Source: an uncultured Gammaproteobacteria bacterium (lineage in GTDB: Bacteria; Patescibacteriota; Patescibacteriia; Magasanikbacterales; GWA2-37-8). Taken from it: a stretch of DNA of 64,000 nucleotides. Position 1 is the stretch's first letter. Each line of letters begins with the position of its first letter. The stretch covers positions 395,978 to 459,977 of the forward strand of contig CAYOXC010000001.1 of assembly GCA_964407865.1 (NCBI GenBank), written 5' to 3'. The notes below the pieces were generated by a model. It saw only the letters and a list, made by a program, of their open reading frames with translations, had not been told where the DNA came from and made no database searches. The position numbers and the translations under genes are program-made. Below, piece after piece: positions 19,487 to 29,764 of this stretch.

Positions 19487-19951
19487 TCATTTTTGAACAA
19501 ACAAGGTGACTTCCCTGTTCGTAAGCACTTCCTCCTTAGAAGGATTGTGCTGGCTTGAGAGAAAGAAGTACACCCGGAGGCATCTGGCCTGCCCCTCAGG
19601 GTAAACCAGCACAACTTCGCCGTCTTCGTCCGTAATAAACGGCTCAATGTTGTTCTGGTTGTTTGCATCAACCAGGTGGATCAAGCGGACGCGGTTCATG
19701 TACTGTCGCACGACATGCTCGTGCTCAACAAACCACATCCAGGAATCCTCTTGAATAGTGAAATTGATGACGAGTGTATGTCTCGCCCTCGTCACCATAT
19801 TCACCTTGATTTTGTCCAAAAAACCCGCACCCCTGTCGTTTCTATAGACGGCAAGGTCGGTAGGCGGTGGGACAGGGCGACAAAGCCGAGACTGGGGGAT
19901 TTTTGAGGCTGGTTTCCCGAAGGAAACCCTAATCAGATTTCCTTTGGGCAT
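19487..19951 (-). CDS. hypothetical protein (154 aa), compositionally foreign (GC-rich) ORFan
   Basis: True start MPKGNLIRV… at 19951 is preceded by AAAGGAGG-N6-ATG. It has its own promoter and terminator and no recognisable domain. The ORF-track N-terminal extension to 20017 is rejected. Confidence 0.55.
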   Translation of the reverse strand: MPKGNLIRVSFGKPASKIPQSRLCRPVPPPTDLAVYRNDRGAGFLDKIKVNMVTRARHTLVINFTIQEDSWMWFVEHEHVVRQYMNRVRLIHLVDANNQNNIEPFITDEDGEVVLVYPEGQARCLRVYFFLSSQHNPSKEEVLTNREVTLFVQK

Positions 19952-20030
19952 TTTGCGCCTCCTTTCTTCCCATCTCAAGGATGAGTAAAAAATAAAAAGG
20001 ACAACAAATGATAACAAAATAATTTAGCAT

Positions 20031-20049
20031 ATTTTCGCTAAAATGTCAA
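20031..20049 (-). promoter_or_regulatory. sigma70-type promoter TTGACA-N17-TAAATT for the 154-aa ORF
   Basis: On the minus strand: ccTTGACAttttagcgaaaatatgcTAAATT. Confidence 0.5.
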
Positions 20050-20054
20050 GGATA

Positions 20055-20088
20055 AGCAAAAAACAGGCTAGAAAAAGCCTGTTTTTAA
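20055..20088 (-). terminator. Rho-independent terminator of the PP2C gene
   Basis: AACAGGCT(20062-69)…AGCCTGTT(20076-83), then a T-run on the minus strand. Confidence 0.6.
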
Positions 20089-20107
20089 TGAGATTTAGTC
20101 TTGTTTA

Positions 20108-21217
20108 TTATGTTCCAACTTCCTCCAATTCATCCATGCTAATTTCTTCAATCTCTTCCTCACGCGCACCTTTTTTGGACTTGGCTTCTATATAAATTAT
20201 AGAAATATCATCCGGCTTATTAGCATCGGGATAATTTTCACGATTCTGCATTTTTTCCGCATAAGCGCGCAGATTAGCTGCTTTTTCATGTGCTGACTTA
20301 CCATCCAATTTGTTTAAACCCTGTTCTATGTTTCGATCCTGACAATTATCGGTCAAACCATCGCTTGTAATCAAAAATTCATCACCGTCTTCTATGTCTA
20401 CTGTCAAAACATGAGGAACGGGTGAGCCCTCGCCTGCTGCTATGCCCTGAGTGTTAATATTACGCAACCGCTTTAAAGAGGTGCTGCCAAATTTCGAAAC
20501 CAAAGTATCAATTATTTTTTGACCTGTCTCGCTAATATCGGCTTTTCTTTTGGCGCTGGCAACTGCCTCGTTTAAAGTTACATCATGAGTGGAACCGTCG
20601 GGACGTATTGAAGATAAAATTGCTGTATTAACTTCTAACCCATTCGCCCTTAACATGTGTATTACCGAGTCTTCATATGATAACTGCTCTAATTTGCCGT
20701 TTCTCCTTCGATATATACGACTGTCACCGACACTGACTAGGGTAGCTTTATTGTCATAACTTAACATCGCTGATAAGGTTGTGCCCATTTTTTCATAAAT
20801 AGCCGATGTTGGGCTTTCTGATAACTCCTTATGTGCGGCAATAACTGCATCTTTCATCAACTTCTCGACTACTTTTGAATCTTTAGGCAAATTTGTTTCT
20901 TTGGTCAGCGCTTTTTGAAACGACTCAGCCACAATCTGCGCAGCCACATCTCCACCACCGCCTTCTTGACCACCCATACCGTCTAACACAGCGTGAAGTG
21001 ATTTTTCATTGTCATTGTATACAATAATCCTGTCCTCTCCTTTGCCTGGAGCTTTTTCCCTTAAAGCCACCGCTGTTTCAAAATCAAATTCCCTTTCTCG
21101 ACGCTCTGCTTGCGATTCAAAAGCTTCCCGCGCTGATGGAAGTTTTTTTGGCAAATTTTCAGTTCCTTCCTTTTTGCTACCAAACATTTCTTTAATGGCT
21201 CGCATTTTTTCAAACAT
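20108..21217 (-). CDS. PP2C-family Ser/Thr protein phosphatase
   Basis: LDGMGGQEGGGGDVAAQIV…, VSVGDSRIYR and FLITSDGLTD show the PP2C metal-binding motif order, 369 aa. Confidence 0.75.
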   Translation of the reverse strand: MFEKMRAIKEMFGSKKEGTENLPKKLPSAREAFESQAERREREFDFETAVALREKAPGKGEDRIIVYNDNEKSLHAVLDGMGGQEGGGGDVAAQIVAESFQKALTKETNLPKDSKVVEKLMKDAVIAAHKELSESPTSAIYEKMGTTLSAMLSYDNKATLVSVGDSRIYRRRNGKLEQLSYEDSVIHMLRANGLEVNTAILSSIRPDGSTHDVTLNEAVASAKRKADISETGQKIIDTLVSKFGSTSLKRLRNINTQGIAAGEGSPVPHVLTVDIEDGDEFLITSDGLTDNCQDRNIEQGLNKLDGKSAHEKAANLRAYAEKMQNRENYPDANKPDDISIIYIEAKSKKGAREEEIEEISMDELEEVGT

Positions 21218-21360
21218 ATGCTTTGTAATTATAAAATTATTGATTGAAATAATTATGTTTTGCCAGGCTTGACAATTTAATAATTTATGCTAAAATTATA
21301 CCACATTAAAACTGTTAAATATACTATTTTTGACCAAAAATTCAATATATAAACGAAATT

Positions 21361-21645
21361 ATGAAAAAAGATATTCATCCAGAATACTTCGAAAAATGTG
21401 AAGTAACCTGCGCTTGTGGCAACACTTTTACCACTGGATCAACCCTAAAACAAATTCGCGTCGAATTATGCAACAAATGCCACCCTTTTTACACAGGCAA
21501 ACAAAAATTTGTTGATACGGCACGCCGAGTGGAAAAATTTGAAGAACGAGTGCAAAAAACTAAAAAAGCCGCTTCTGAACGCAAGGGCAAAAAGGTTAAA
21601 AAAGCAGCCTCTGCAGCCAAAAAGAAAGAAAAGAAAGCATTATAA
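21361..21645 (+). CDS. rpmE: 50S ribosomal protein L31 with Lys-rich C-terminal extension
   Basis: MKKDIHPEY…C-x-C…[10 protein letters not shown] is a type A L31 zinc ribbon, 94 aa. Confidence 0.9.
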   Translation: MKKDIHPEYFEKCEVTCACGNTFTTGSTLKQIRVELCNKCHPFYTGKQKFVDTARRVEKFEERVQKTKKAASERKGKKVKKAASAAKKKEKKAL

Positions 21646-21649
21646 CTCT

Positions 21650-21680
21650 TAAAAAACAGGCCAAATGGCCTGTTTTTTCT
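21650..21680 (+). terminator. Rho-independent terminator after rpmE
   Basis: ACAGGCC…GGCCTGT stem followed by T6. Confidence 0.65.
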
Positions 21681-21681
21681 C

Positions 21682-21710
21682 TTGACAAATACAGAATTTT
21701 GTGCTATTTT
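21682..21710 (+). promoter_or_regulatory. sigma70-type promoter TTGACA-N17-(TG)cTATTTT for the 427-aa ORF
   Basis: -35 at 21682-87, extended -10 at 21702-10, then AGGAGAG SD 7 nt before the ATG at 21786. Confidence 0.55.
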
Positions 21711-21785
21711 ATGGTACTTTACCAATATAAACAAGGTGAACGGTAAGGAAACCGCTCATTAACAACTCAAAAAGGAGAGTGTGAC

Positions 21786-23069
21786 ATGAATGCCGAGGAA
21801 GTCAAACACGACTCCCGCGGTGTCGTCACACTGCGGGAACTTGCAAGTCAGGGCAATTTCTTTGCCCAAAATTTCGAAAAGTGGTGGCATTTGGGACACG
21901 ACCTGTTCTCAAAGCCGGACACAGATGTACAAAAAATCTTTGGTGATTTTCTTTTCGATTCCTTGGTTAATTTCGATGACTTAGCCAGCTTAAAAGCGGA
22001 ATATCGGAAGAAAATGAATCACGACCTGCTTATAAAAATCTTTCGAGAAACCCTGGACACAATCCAGGGGGATATCAGAAATCATATGGTAGCTTTTATG
22101 CCGCCGGAAAACGCTGAATTCGAACGGCTTCAGCTTAATTCTAGCGCGGAAAAGCAAAACCATGACCCAATTGAAATGATTCGAAAGATTTACGAAACGA
22201 ATGAAACACGGCGCGTTTCGACGTGCCAGTTCAAAACGTTGAGGTCGTTAGAAATGGCCGCCTTCTATTGTTTCATTTCCGCGACCCGGTACCAAAACCG
22301 GGAAGAAGACGGTTCGAACGACGATGAAATGGCGTTAAAGTTTTTAGCCTGGCTTGACCCAGGCTTCAACCACGACAAGCCGAGGCTGGAAATTGGTCTG
22401 GATCCCAAGAAGCAATGGAAGGTGGAATCCTATCGCCTTCCCGGATTCCAGATGCCCAAAAGAAAATCTGGTCTTAGCTATGTTGAACGGGAAGTGCTAA
22501 GGGTGTGTTTCAACGCCAGGCGTTTCCCCGGTCAAAAAATTAACGCCATTGTCCAGGCCAGACGAAAAAGCTTGTTTGAAGCTTTCGCCAAAAGATTTCG
22601 CGATTTGCAGTCGCCAATCTGGCCCGATGTTCCAGACCTTTTCGGCATCAGGCTCATCTACTACACAAACTACAGAGCAATGAAAAATGGGCTGGACACA
22701 GTGTCCAGGCGAGCAATCTGGAACAACAACCCTGCCGTTCGCTACTGCCATACCACCAACAAGCATTCGCAAAAAAAGATGAGAATCAAAAACCAGCGAG
22801 TGTTTGTGAGCGGGAGGCAAAGCGAAATCCAACATATCCGGCTTGAAGACTGGGCCAACATCGAATATTCCAGCGCCCCTGAAAATCATGCCAGATACCA
22901 CTTGCGCTGGTTTAGCGATCAGCATGGCATCTTCATGAATATGTTCCCACCCGCACTTTATGGCGTAGACTGGACCTCAGACGCAGTTTTTCAATCTCTC
23001 GACCAACATGTTGTCAGACAGGTAAAGGAGAGAAACGAACAGATGGCGTCTGAAACAAAACCCGTCTAG
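21786..23069 (+). CDS. hypothetical protein (427 aa), compositionally foreign (GC-rich) ORFan
   Basis: Has its own promoter, strong SD and terminator. GC is much higher than in the flanking rpmE and RSH genes. No motif I can assign (no P-loop, kinase, HEPN or Fic signature). Confidence 0.6.
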   Translation: MNAEEVKHDSRGVVTLRELASQGNFFAQNFEKWWHLGHDLFSKPDTDVQKIFGDFLFDSLVNFDDLASLKAEYRKKMNHDLLIKIFRETLDTIQGDIRNHMVAFMPPENAEFERLQLNSSAEKQNHDPIEMIRKIYETNETRRVSTCQFKTLRSLEMAAFYCFISATRYQNREEDGSNDDEMALKFLAWLDPGFNHDKPRLEIGLDPKKQWKVESYRLPGFQMPKRKSGLSYVEREVLRVCFNARRFPGQKINAIVQARRKSLFEAFAKRFRDLQSPIWPDVPDLFGIRLIYYTNYRAMKNGLDTVSRRAIWNNNPAVRYCHTTNKHSQKKMRIKNQRVFVSGRQSEIQHIRLEDWANIEYSSAPENHARYHLRWFSDQHGIFMNMFPPALYGVDWTSDAVFQSLDQHVVRQVKERNEQMASETKPV

Positions 23070-23076
23070 CGCCGTT

Positions 23077-23127
23077 GCGCTCTGCCAAAATAACAGTTAT
23101 ACTGTGGCTATGGCAGAGCGCTTTTTC
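23077..23127 (+). terminator. Rho-independent terminator of the 427-aa ORF
   Basis: GCGCTCTGCCA(23077-87)…TGGCAGAGCGC(23111-21) is an 11-bp perfect stem followed by T5. It overlaps the GTG at 23104 that the ORF track proposes as the RSH start. Confidence 0.6.
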
Positions 23128-23148
23128 ATTTATGCATTTTGCCTGATT

Positions 23149-24606
23149 ATGGCTAATAATAAACAATTTAACGCGCTGATTAAAACGCTTCGCATTAATT
23201 GCCCAAGTGAAAAACTTGATGATGTTAAGCGTGCTTATGAATTTGCAAAAAGTGCTTTTGGCGACTTGAGACGAAAATCTGGAAAAACACAATTGGAGCA
23301 TGCTCTTGATGTGGCTGAAATTCTAGCTAAACGAAAACTCTCGCCAGATATTGTCATCGCTGGACTTCTGCATGACATACTTGAATATACTGAATTTACC
23401 ACAGAAGATTTAGCGCAAAAATTTGGATCGAAAATTGCTCGGTTGGTCGAAGGTGAGAATCGACTAGATAGTTTAAAATACATTGGCAAGGAAAGATATG
23501 CTGAAAACCTGCGGCGCATGTTTCTGGCCATGGCAGATGATGTTCAAATTATTTTTATTAAATTCGCTGACAGAATTGATAATTTAAAAACTTTAAGCTA
23601 TTTGGAGCCAAAGAAACGTGAAAGATTGGCAATGGAATCGCTCTATATATACGCACCAATTGCTAATCGCCTGGGTATGAATATTGTTCGTCGAGAACTC
23701 GAAGATTATTCCTTTAAATATTTAATGCCGAAAGAATATAAAAAAATGGAAAATTTGGTAAAAAATTATTATCTGCACGGCTCTAAATGTTTTAACATAA
23801 TAAAAAATACGATATTAGATAAAATAGACGAAATCGGCGTAGAAATTATTAACGTTGAAAATCGAATAAAAAATTTATATAGTTTATATACAAAAGCTCA
23901 GGAGCAACAACGCGATCCAAAAAAAATATATGATATTGCCGCCTGCCGCCTAATCGTGCCTGACATTCCATCATGCTATACCACCTTAGGTCTAATACAT
24001 CGACTTTGGCGTCCCTTACCCGGCCGATTCAAAGATTATATTTCACAACCAAAACCAAACGGCTACCGCGCGCTTCATACCAACATATTCTGTGAACGAA
24101 GTATTGTAGAGATACAAATCCGTACTCCGGAAATGCATGAGGAGGCTGAATACGGAATTGCCGCACACTGGGTTTATAAGGAGAAAAAACGCAACTGGCA
24201 AAAAAATATTAAACAACATACGCAGTGGCTAAAAGAGTTGACGGACATACAAAAAGAAATAAAAGGCAATCTTGATCTGCCAAATACGCTCAAATCCATT
24301 AAGCTGGATTTCTTTCATAATCGCATTTTTGTGCTAACGCCCAAAGGCGATGTTATTGACCTACCAGACGATGCCACGCCTTTGGATTTCGCCTATGCAA
24401 TTCACGCTGACTTGGGCAATCATTATGTCAAAGCAAAGATTAACGGCAAACCGGTGGCAATAAAACGCCGCTTAAAATCAAATGAAATGGTAGAAATAAT
24501 ACCGGATTTTAAAAAAATAAATATTCGAAAGTCGTGGCTTAAAATTGCCAAAACACGACGCGCTCTTCACGAAATAAAATCATGTCTAGCAAAATACAGC
24601 AAATAA
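23149..24606 (+). CDS. Rel/SpoT homologue: compact bifunctional (p)ppGpp hydrolase/synthetase (HD + synthetase + TGS, no ACT/CTD)
   Basis: LLHDILEYT is the HD hydrolase motif. RLIVPD…GYRALHTNI…EIQIRT is the synthetase region. [14 protein letters not shown]…AYAIH is TGS. I moved the start to the ATG at 23149 (MANNKQF…), downstream of the terminator hairpin. Confidence 0.75.
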   Translation: MANNKQFNALIKTLRINCPSEKLDDVKRAYEFAKSAFGDLRRKSGKTQLEHALDVAEILAKRKLSPDIVIAGLLHDILEYTEFTTEDLAQKFGSKIARLVEGENRLDSLKYIGKERYAENLRRMFLAMADDVQIIFIKFADRIDNLKTLSYLEPKKRERLAMESLYIYAPIANRLGMNIVRRELEDYSFKYLMPKEYKKMENLVKNYYLHGSKCFNIIKNTILDKIDEIGVEIINVENRIKNLYSLYTKAQEQQRDPKKIYDIAACRLIVPDIPSCYTTLGLIHRLWRPLPGRFKDYISQPKPNGYRALHTNIFCERSIVEIQIRTPEMHEEAEYGIAAHWVYKEKKRNWQKNIKQHTQWLKELTDIQKEIKGNLDLPNTLKSIKLDFFHNRIFVLTPKGDVIDLPDDATPLDFAYAIHADLGNHYVKAKINGKPVAIKRRLKSNEMVEIIPDFKKINIRKSWLKIAKTRRALHEIKSCLAKYSK

Positions 24607-24610
24607 TATT

Positions 24611-25666
24611 ATGAATAAAAAACTGGATGAGATAAAACAACGTTTTGAAAAACTAGAAAGCGATCTTCAGGATCAGGCTACAATTTCGGATAAACAAAAA
24701 TTAAAAAAAATTAATCAAGAATACGCTGAACTTAAACCGGTCAATGAAAAAATCATGAATCTTATGGCGCTGGAAAAAAGCTTAGCCGAAGCCGATCTGA
24801 TGGCCGAAAGCGAAACAGATATGGAGATGCGCGACTTAGCTTTAGCTGAAACCGAAGAACTGCGCACTCAAATTCAAATGTTAAACAAAGATCTGGATGA
24901 AGTGATCAAACCGCATGATCCAATGGATAAAAAAAATGTCATTATTGAAATACGTGCTGCAGCCGGTGGTGATGAGTCTGCCTTGTTTGCTGCTGAACTA
25001 TACAGAATGTATGCTAAATATGCAGAAAAATTTAAATGGAAAGTGTCGCTGATTGATTCAAATATGATAGGCATTGGCGGCTTTAAAGAAGTAATTTTTT
25101 CCATTAGCGGACATGATGTTTATAAAGATCTAAAATACGAAATGGGCGTACATCGAGTGCAAAGAGTGCCCGAAACAGAAAAATCCGGACGCGTTCACAC
25201 TTCCACTGTGACAGTCGCCGTCCTTCCGGAAATAGAGGAGGAGGAAATGAAAATTGACCCTAAAGATCTGCGGATTGATACTTTTTGTGCCGGTGGCCAC
25301 GGCGGTCAAAGCGTCAACACCACTTATTCGGCTGTCCGCATTGTTCATGAGCCAAGCGGTCTCATTGTTCAATGCCAAGACGAACGCTCACAAGCAGCTA
25401 ACAAAGAAAAAGCCATGAGCGTTTTGCGCGCCCGGCTCTACGATCTTGAAAGAGAGAAGAAAGAAAAGGCACTATCTGAAAAAAGACGCTCACAAATCGG
25501 TACTGGCGATCGCAGTGAAAAAATCCGCACCTACAATTTTCCTCAGGATCGAATAACCGACCATCGGATTAATCGAAATTTTAACAACATCAAGGTCGTC
25601 CTTGAGGGTGATCTTGAAGATATTATTTCCGCCCTGCGCGAAGCTGATTATGCTGAAGCAGAATAA
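24611..25666 (+). CDS. prfA: peptide chain release factor 1
   Basis: GGQ motif ([10 protein letters not shown]) and a RVQRVPETE…RVHTS tripeptide-anticodon region of RF1 type, 351 aa. Confidence 0.95.
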   Translation: MNKKLDEIKQRFEKLESDLQDQATISDKQKLKKINQEYAELKPVNEKIMNLMALEKSLAEADLMAESETDMEMRDLALAETEELRTQIQMLNKDLDEVIKPHDPMDKKNVIIEIRAAAGGDESALFAAELYRMYAKYAEKFKWKVSLIDSNMIGIGGFKEVIFSISGHDVYKDLKYEMGVHRVQRVPETEKSGRVHTSTVTVAVLPEIEEEEMKIDPKDLRIDTFCAGGHGGQSVNTTYSAVRIVHEPSGLIVQCQDERSQAANKEKAMSVLRARLYDLEREKKEKALSEKRRSQIGTGDRSEKIRTYNFPQDRITDHRINRNFNNIKVVLEGDLEDIISALREADYAEAE

Positions 25667-27122
25667 AAAAATATTACTTGGCATCATTATCATCGCCGCC
25701 GCCATTCGCTTGGCGGCGGTTTTGAAATACGGCGATTTTTGGGATGATGAAATGTTTAATTTCATCTACAGTCAGAAACCCTGGCCCGAGGGCCTTGTCT
25801 GGTGGCTCTGGGAGACAAACCCGCCTCTTCACTTGCTTTTGCTGAAACTCTGGTTTTTTATTGTGCCGGCAACAGAATTTTTCGCCCGCTTACCAAGCAT
25901 AATTGCTGGAGTTGCATCTGTATATTCCATATATCACTTGAGCCAAAAAATGTTTAATAAAAATATTGGTCTGATTGCTGCCCTATATCTCGCTCTTCAT
26001 CCTTATCATATTTTTTGGTCATCGACAGCGCGCGTTTATTCCCTTTTAATGCTTCTATCGATAATATCCTTTTACTTATTTTGGAAAATATTTATTCTTA
26101 ATGAATTCAACAGTAAACAAAAAAACTACTCATTAATTATTAACTCATTACTACTATTATCTCACTTAACTTCGATATTTCTTCTTGGAGCACAATGTTT
26201 GTTACTAATAATCTTTGGTAAATTTACTGAAATAAAACGCTGGTTAAAAATAAATTTACCCGCATTAATAATCGGCGGACTATGGATTGTCCTGTCCCTG
26301 TTTATAAAAAGCAATAATAATCTTTCATCTGCTTGGTTCATGAATTTACGCCAAAGTATAGCTAGCGCTGTAAACCCTCTAACAAATCTATTTTCCGGTC
26401 AATACCCTCTTATTCTGGGAATAATTAGCGCTTCTTTGGGTATTATTATTATATCTTTTGCGACACGTCGTGCTATGATTGAAAAAAATATTTCCTTCAT
26501 CGCAATATTTATCATAGCAATTTTACCTATATTATTTTCTTTATCTTTTGGCGTTTGGCACATAAAATTTGTCATAGCCATTCTTCCATTTTTTGTTCTC
26601 TTGTTTACCCTTTCATTGCTAAATTTTTTAAGCGAAAAATTAACAGCAATTCTAATAGTTCTTTTTTGCTTACCCGGTCTTTTTTCACTACTATTTCGTA
26701 CTTTGCCATTAACAAACTGGCGGCAAGTCGAAAATTTTATCCAAAACAATAAATCCGAATCTAGCCTGGTTGTTTATAATAATTTTATTTTAAAACCACA
26801 AATTGAAAAATATTTGCCGCAAATTGCCGTGCAGACGAAAGCTTTACCGCTTTATCAAGATATTAGCGAAGACGAGATGGTGGTAAAGAAAAATTATCTT
26901 TATGTATTTATTGATGAAGAAGAAAAAGATAAGTGGTATCAAGCAGAAAAATTATACAATTACCAAACAATAATTCTACTTCAGGGTGAATATGGCTATA
27001 TGAATAAATTAGATGAATTGTTTTTAAAAAATGGATGGCGTCTTGAAGGCACAGTAAAAAAAGCTGAAATTGCCGGATCGTATAATCTATATGTGTTTAA
27101 AAACCCTGAAAAAAATCCGTAA
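25650..27122 (+). CDS. GT39/ArnT-PMT-like membrane glycosyltransferase
   Basis: FWDDEMFNF…[13 protein letters not shown]…[19 protein letters not shown] conserved N-terminal loop and many TM helices. The start ATG at 25650 overlaps the prfA 3' end by 17 nt. Confidence 0.6.
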   Translation: MLKQNKKILLGIIIIAAAIRLAAVLKYGDFWDDEMFNFIYSQKPWPEGLVWWLWETNPPLHLLLLKLWFFIVPATEFFARLPSIIAGVASVYSIYHLSQKMFNKNIGLIAALYLALHPYHIFWSSTARVYSLLMLLSIISFYLFWKIFILNEFNSKQKNYSLIINSLLLLSHLTSIFLLGAQCLLLIIFGKFTEIKRWLKINLPALIIGGLWIVLSLFIKSNNNLSSAWFMNLRQSIASAVNPLTNLFSGQYPLILGIISASLGIIIISFATRRAMIEKNISFIAIFIIAILPILFSLSFGVWHIKFVIAILPFFVLLFTLSLLNFLSEKLTAILIVLFCLPGLFSLLFRTLPLTNWRQVENFIQNNKSESSLVVYNNFILKPQIEKYLPQIAVQTKALPLYQDISEDEMVVKKNYLYVFIDEEEKDKWYQAEKLYNYQTIILLQGEYGYMNKLDELFLKNGWRLEGTVKKAEIAGSYNLYVFKNPEKNP

Positions 27123-27141
27123 AAAATTAAATGTTGAAACG

Positions 27142-27942
27142 ATGGTGGAAACAGATATGCTGATCGGAAAAGCGATACAACAAGACCGCTCTTTTGTTTT
27201 AGCACATCCGGAATACAGGCCAAATATTTGGCAGAGGATAAAACTTTTCAAATATATAAAACTATTTCAACACGGTTGGCCGTTTGCCTATATAGTGGGT
27301 CATAAAGAATTTTACGGACTGGATTTTTTTGTAAATAAATACACCTTAATTCCCCGCCCAGATTCAGAAATAATTGTCGATATTGCTTTGGCAGAACTCA
27401 CAAAAAATAATTTTGATATGTTGATTGATGTTGGTACTGGCTCTGGCTGTATTCCGATTGCGATCACGAAAAAACTTCAACAAAAAAATATAACAACCAT
27501 AGCAATTGATATATCAAAAAAAGCTCTAAAAATAGCTACAAAAAACGCTAAGCGACATAACGCGGATATAAAATTTTTCCAAGGCAATCTTTTGGAGCCA
27601 ATTATCAAAACCAAACCACTAACAACTGATAAAAAATGTTTAATCACCGCCAATCTTCCCTACCTTACACAGTCTCAATTTGATCTTGAACCATCCATTC
27701 AACGCGAACCACGCGTCGCGCTGATTGCCGACAGTATGGACGGATTAACGCTTTATCAACAGTTGTTCACACAATTAAAACTACTGTCGTCCACGATCAG
27801 CCAGCCACTGACCGTTATTATTGAGATTGATCCCCGACAGCATGATAAAATTATTGAATTAGCAAAAAAATATTTCCCCAACGCAAAAACGGAAATAAAA
27901 AAAGACCTCAGTAATAAATACCGGGTCCTTGTGATTAAATGA
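27142..27942 (+). CDS. prmC: release factor glutamine N5-methyltransferase PrmC/HemK
   Basis: FYGLDFFVNKYTLIPRPDSE, DVGTGSGCI and NLPY (an NPPY variant). Start moved to the ATG at 27142, after the upstream stop. Confidence 0.8.
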   Translation: MVETDMLIGKAIQQDRSFVLAHPEYRPNIWQRIKLFKYIKLFQHGWPFAYIVGHKEFYGLDFFVNKYTLIPRPDSEIIVDIALAELTKNNFDMLIDVGTGSGCIPIAITKKLQQKNITTIAIDISKKALKIATKNAKRHNADIKFFQGNLLEPIIKTKPLTTDKKCLITANLPYLTQSQFDLEPSIQREPRVALIADSMDGLTLYQQLFTQLKLLSSTISQPLTVIIEIDPRQHDKIIELAKKYFPNAKTEIKKDLSNKYRVLVIK

Positions 27943-27946
27943 TAAA

Positions 27947-29014
27947 TTAATTAGTGATATTTAGAGAGGCTCCTTTGGGAACAATCATTACCCATGTTCG
28001 GCCGGGCTTGAGTAAAATTTCTTGACCTTCTGCATCGTAAAAGCGCGTTCGGTCAACTGATTTTTCCTTTTTCCAGCTGACGCGAATTAACTGCCCATTT
28101 CGCAAAACACGCGCTTCACCCTCGCCTATGGTAGTAATACTGCGCCTACCAATCACATCCAATATCCGGATTGAAGCAAATTGGATAATTATATTATCTG
28201 CCACAATCGGATTTTCTATATCATCAAAAAAATCATCGCCATTAAAAGTACGGACATATAAATCTTGTTCAGGTTCATATCGCCAACCAACTACGTTATT
28301 TTTACCATAAGCATATGCGACTGCCGAATTTGTTTCCGATGATGTAGTGTTCAAATCGCCAAAAGCCCAACTTTGCCAATCTGAAAATTCATAACGCCCA
28401 GAAAAATTATCAATATATTCACGCCACTTATCGCCACTAGTAAAAAGATTGTGTGGCGCAATATATACCCTATCCCTCCAATAGTACGGGGTTCTAGAGA
28501 ATTCATCAGCATCAAAAATAAGACGTTTCTTTATTTCAGACAAAGCGTCACTCGAACCACCACAGTGCATATATAAAGCAGTACCATATTCCTGAAGCCA
28601 GTCCAAATAATACGGCCGAGCACTTCTGACTGGCCCAACTTTTTCAGGGTTATCAAACTCAGAGTAGATTGCCATAAAACGAGTAAACGAACCTTCGACT
28701 GGCGCTTCATAAACTATCGAAGCATCATTTATTCCAACAACCGGATAACCGTCAGGGTTGTTGTTTATCATCACTGCAACCGTGCGAGGCGCAACTTCCG
28801 GTTCAGTCAAAACACCGAGGCCTGTCAATTGGCTAAAATATATATACTCTGGTTCACTAACTATATTTTCTTGAGGTATTTGTTTCTCTCTAAAATCAAA
28901 AACTTGCCTGCTGTTATATCTAACGACAAAAATCATTGCCAAAGTAATAACTGAGGCAATAAATAATATAATAAACGACAGTAGCAGAATTGCATCTTTT
29001 TTGGATAACGACAT
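27947..29014 (-). CDS. DUF3048-family secreted/membrane-anchored protein
   Basis: An N-terminal TM is followed by VAVMINNNPDGYPVVGINDASIVYEAPVEGSFTRFMAIY…GPVRSARPYY, typical of DUF3048 N/C domains. Confidence 0.6.
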   Translation of the reverse strand: MSLSKKDAILLLSFIILFIASVITLAMIFVVRYNSRQVFDFREKQIPQENIVSEPEYIYFSQLTGLGVLTEPEVAPRTVAVMINNNPDGYPVVGINDASIVYEAPVEGSFTRFMAIYSEFDNPEKVGPVRSARPYYLDWLQEYGTALYMHCGGSSDALSEIKKRLIFDADEFSRTPYYWRDRVYIAPHNLFTSGDKWREYIDNFSGRYEFSDWQSWAFGDLNTTSSETNSAVAYAYGKNNVVGWRYEPEQDLYVRTFNGDDFFDDIENPIVADNIIIQFASIRILDVIGRRSITTIGEGEARVLRNGQLIRVSWKKEKSVDRTRFYDAEGQEILLKPGRTWVMIVPKGASLNITN

Positions 29015-29029
29015 ATTATACCTATTGTA

Positions 29030-29075
29030 TCAAAAAAAATCTGCCCCGCAAATGCGGGGCAGATAATTTTTTATT
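29030..29075 (-). terminator. Rho-independent terminator of rplY
   Basis: CTGCCCCGC(29041-49)…GCGGGGCAG(29054-62), flanked by A8 and T6. Confidence 0.65.
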
Positions 29076-29763
29076 TTTCTGATTTAGCCGCTTCTCCTTT
29101 GGAAGCATCTCCATCCGCGCCATCTTTATCTTCTTCTTTCTTTGCCGCAGCAGATTCAATTTTGCTTACATCGACCACAGCTTCCGCCTCCTGTTCCATT
29201 GCCTTTATTTCATCTTCAGTTAAAGCACGCTGGGCTTTTACGATGACTGCTTCTGCTTCAGGTTCAATGATTTCAACTCCAGCAGGAATTTTTAAATCAG
29301 ATGCTTTTATGGCGTCGTCAAAAGTCTTTAAAACTGACAAATCAACATCAATATGGCTAACTAAATCCTTTGGCAAACATTCAACTTCAACTTCTTCAAT
29401 ATTCTTTACAATCGTACCGCCAGATTCTTTAACTACCGGCGATTCACCGATAAAAATCAATTCCACTGAAGCGCTAATCGGCTTACTCATATCAATCCGG
29501 CGCAAATCAACATGGATAACACGCTCATCAACCGGATCATAACTCACTTCATGAATCAGAACTTTACCAAAATCCTTATTATCCACATCTAAATCAATAA
29601 GTGATGCTTCGCCGGCCTGGTTGTACAATTTAATAAAATCACTATAAACGAGAGAAAGTGATTCTGTTTCCTGGCCAGCACCATAAATTACCGCTGGTAT
29701 CAAACCTTGACCTCTTACTTTTTCTCCTTTAATTTCGCGTCTTAATGCTGAAAGCTTATACAT
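29071..29763 (-). CDS. rplY: 50S ribosomal protein L25 / general stress protein Ctc
   Basis: LIPAVIYG… L25 N-domain plus an acidic C-terminal tail, 230 aa. Confidence 0.9.
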   Translation of the reverse strand: MYKLSALRREIKGEKVRGQGLIPAVIYGAGQETESLSLVYSDFIKLYNQAGEASLIDLDVDNKDFGKVLIHEVSYDPVDERVIHVDLRRIDMSKPISASVELIFIGESPVVKESGGTIVKNIEEVEVECLPKDLVSHIDVDLSVLKTFDDAIKASDLKIPAGVEIIEPEAEAVIVKAQRALTEDEIKAMEQEAEAVVDVSKIESAAAKKEEDKDGADGDASKGEAAKSEK

Positions 29764-29764
29764 A

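Noticed and set aside
22300-22320. tRNA-like T-loop string GGTTCGAACG
   Set aside because: It lies inside the 21786-23069 coding frame, with no flanking acceptor or D-arm pairing.
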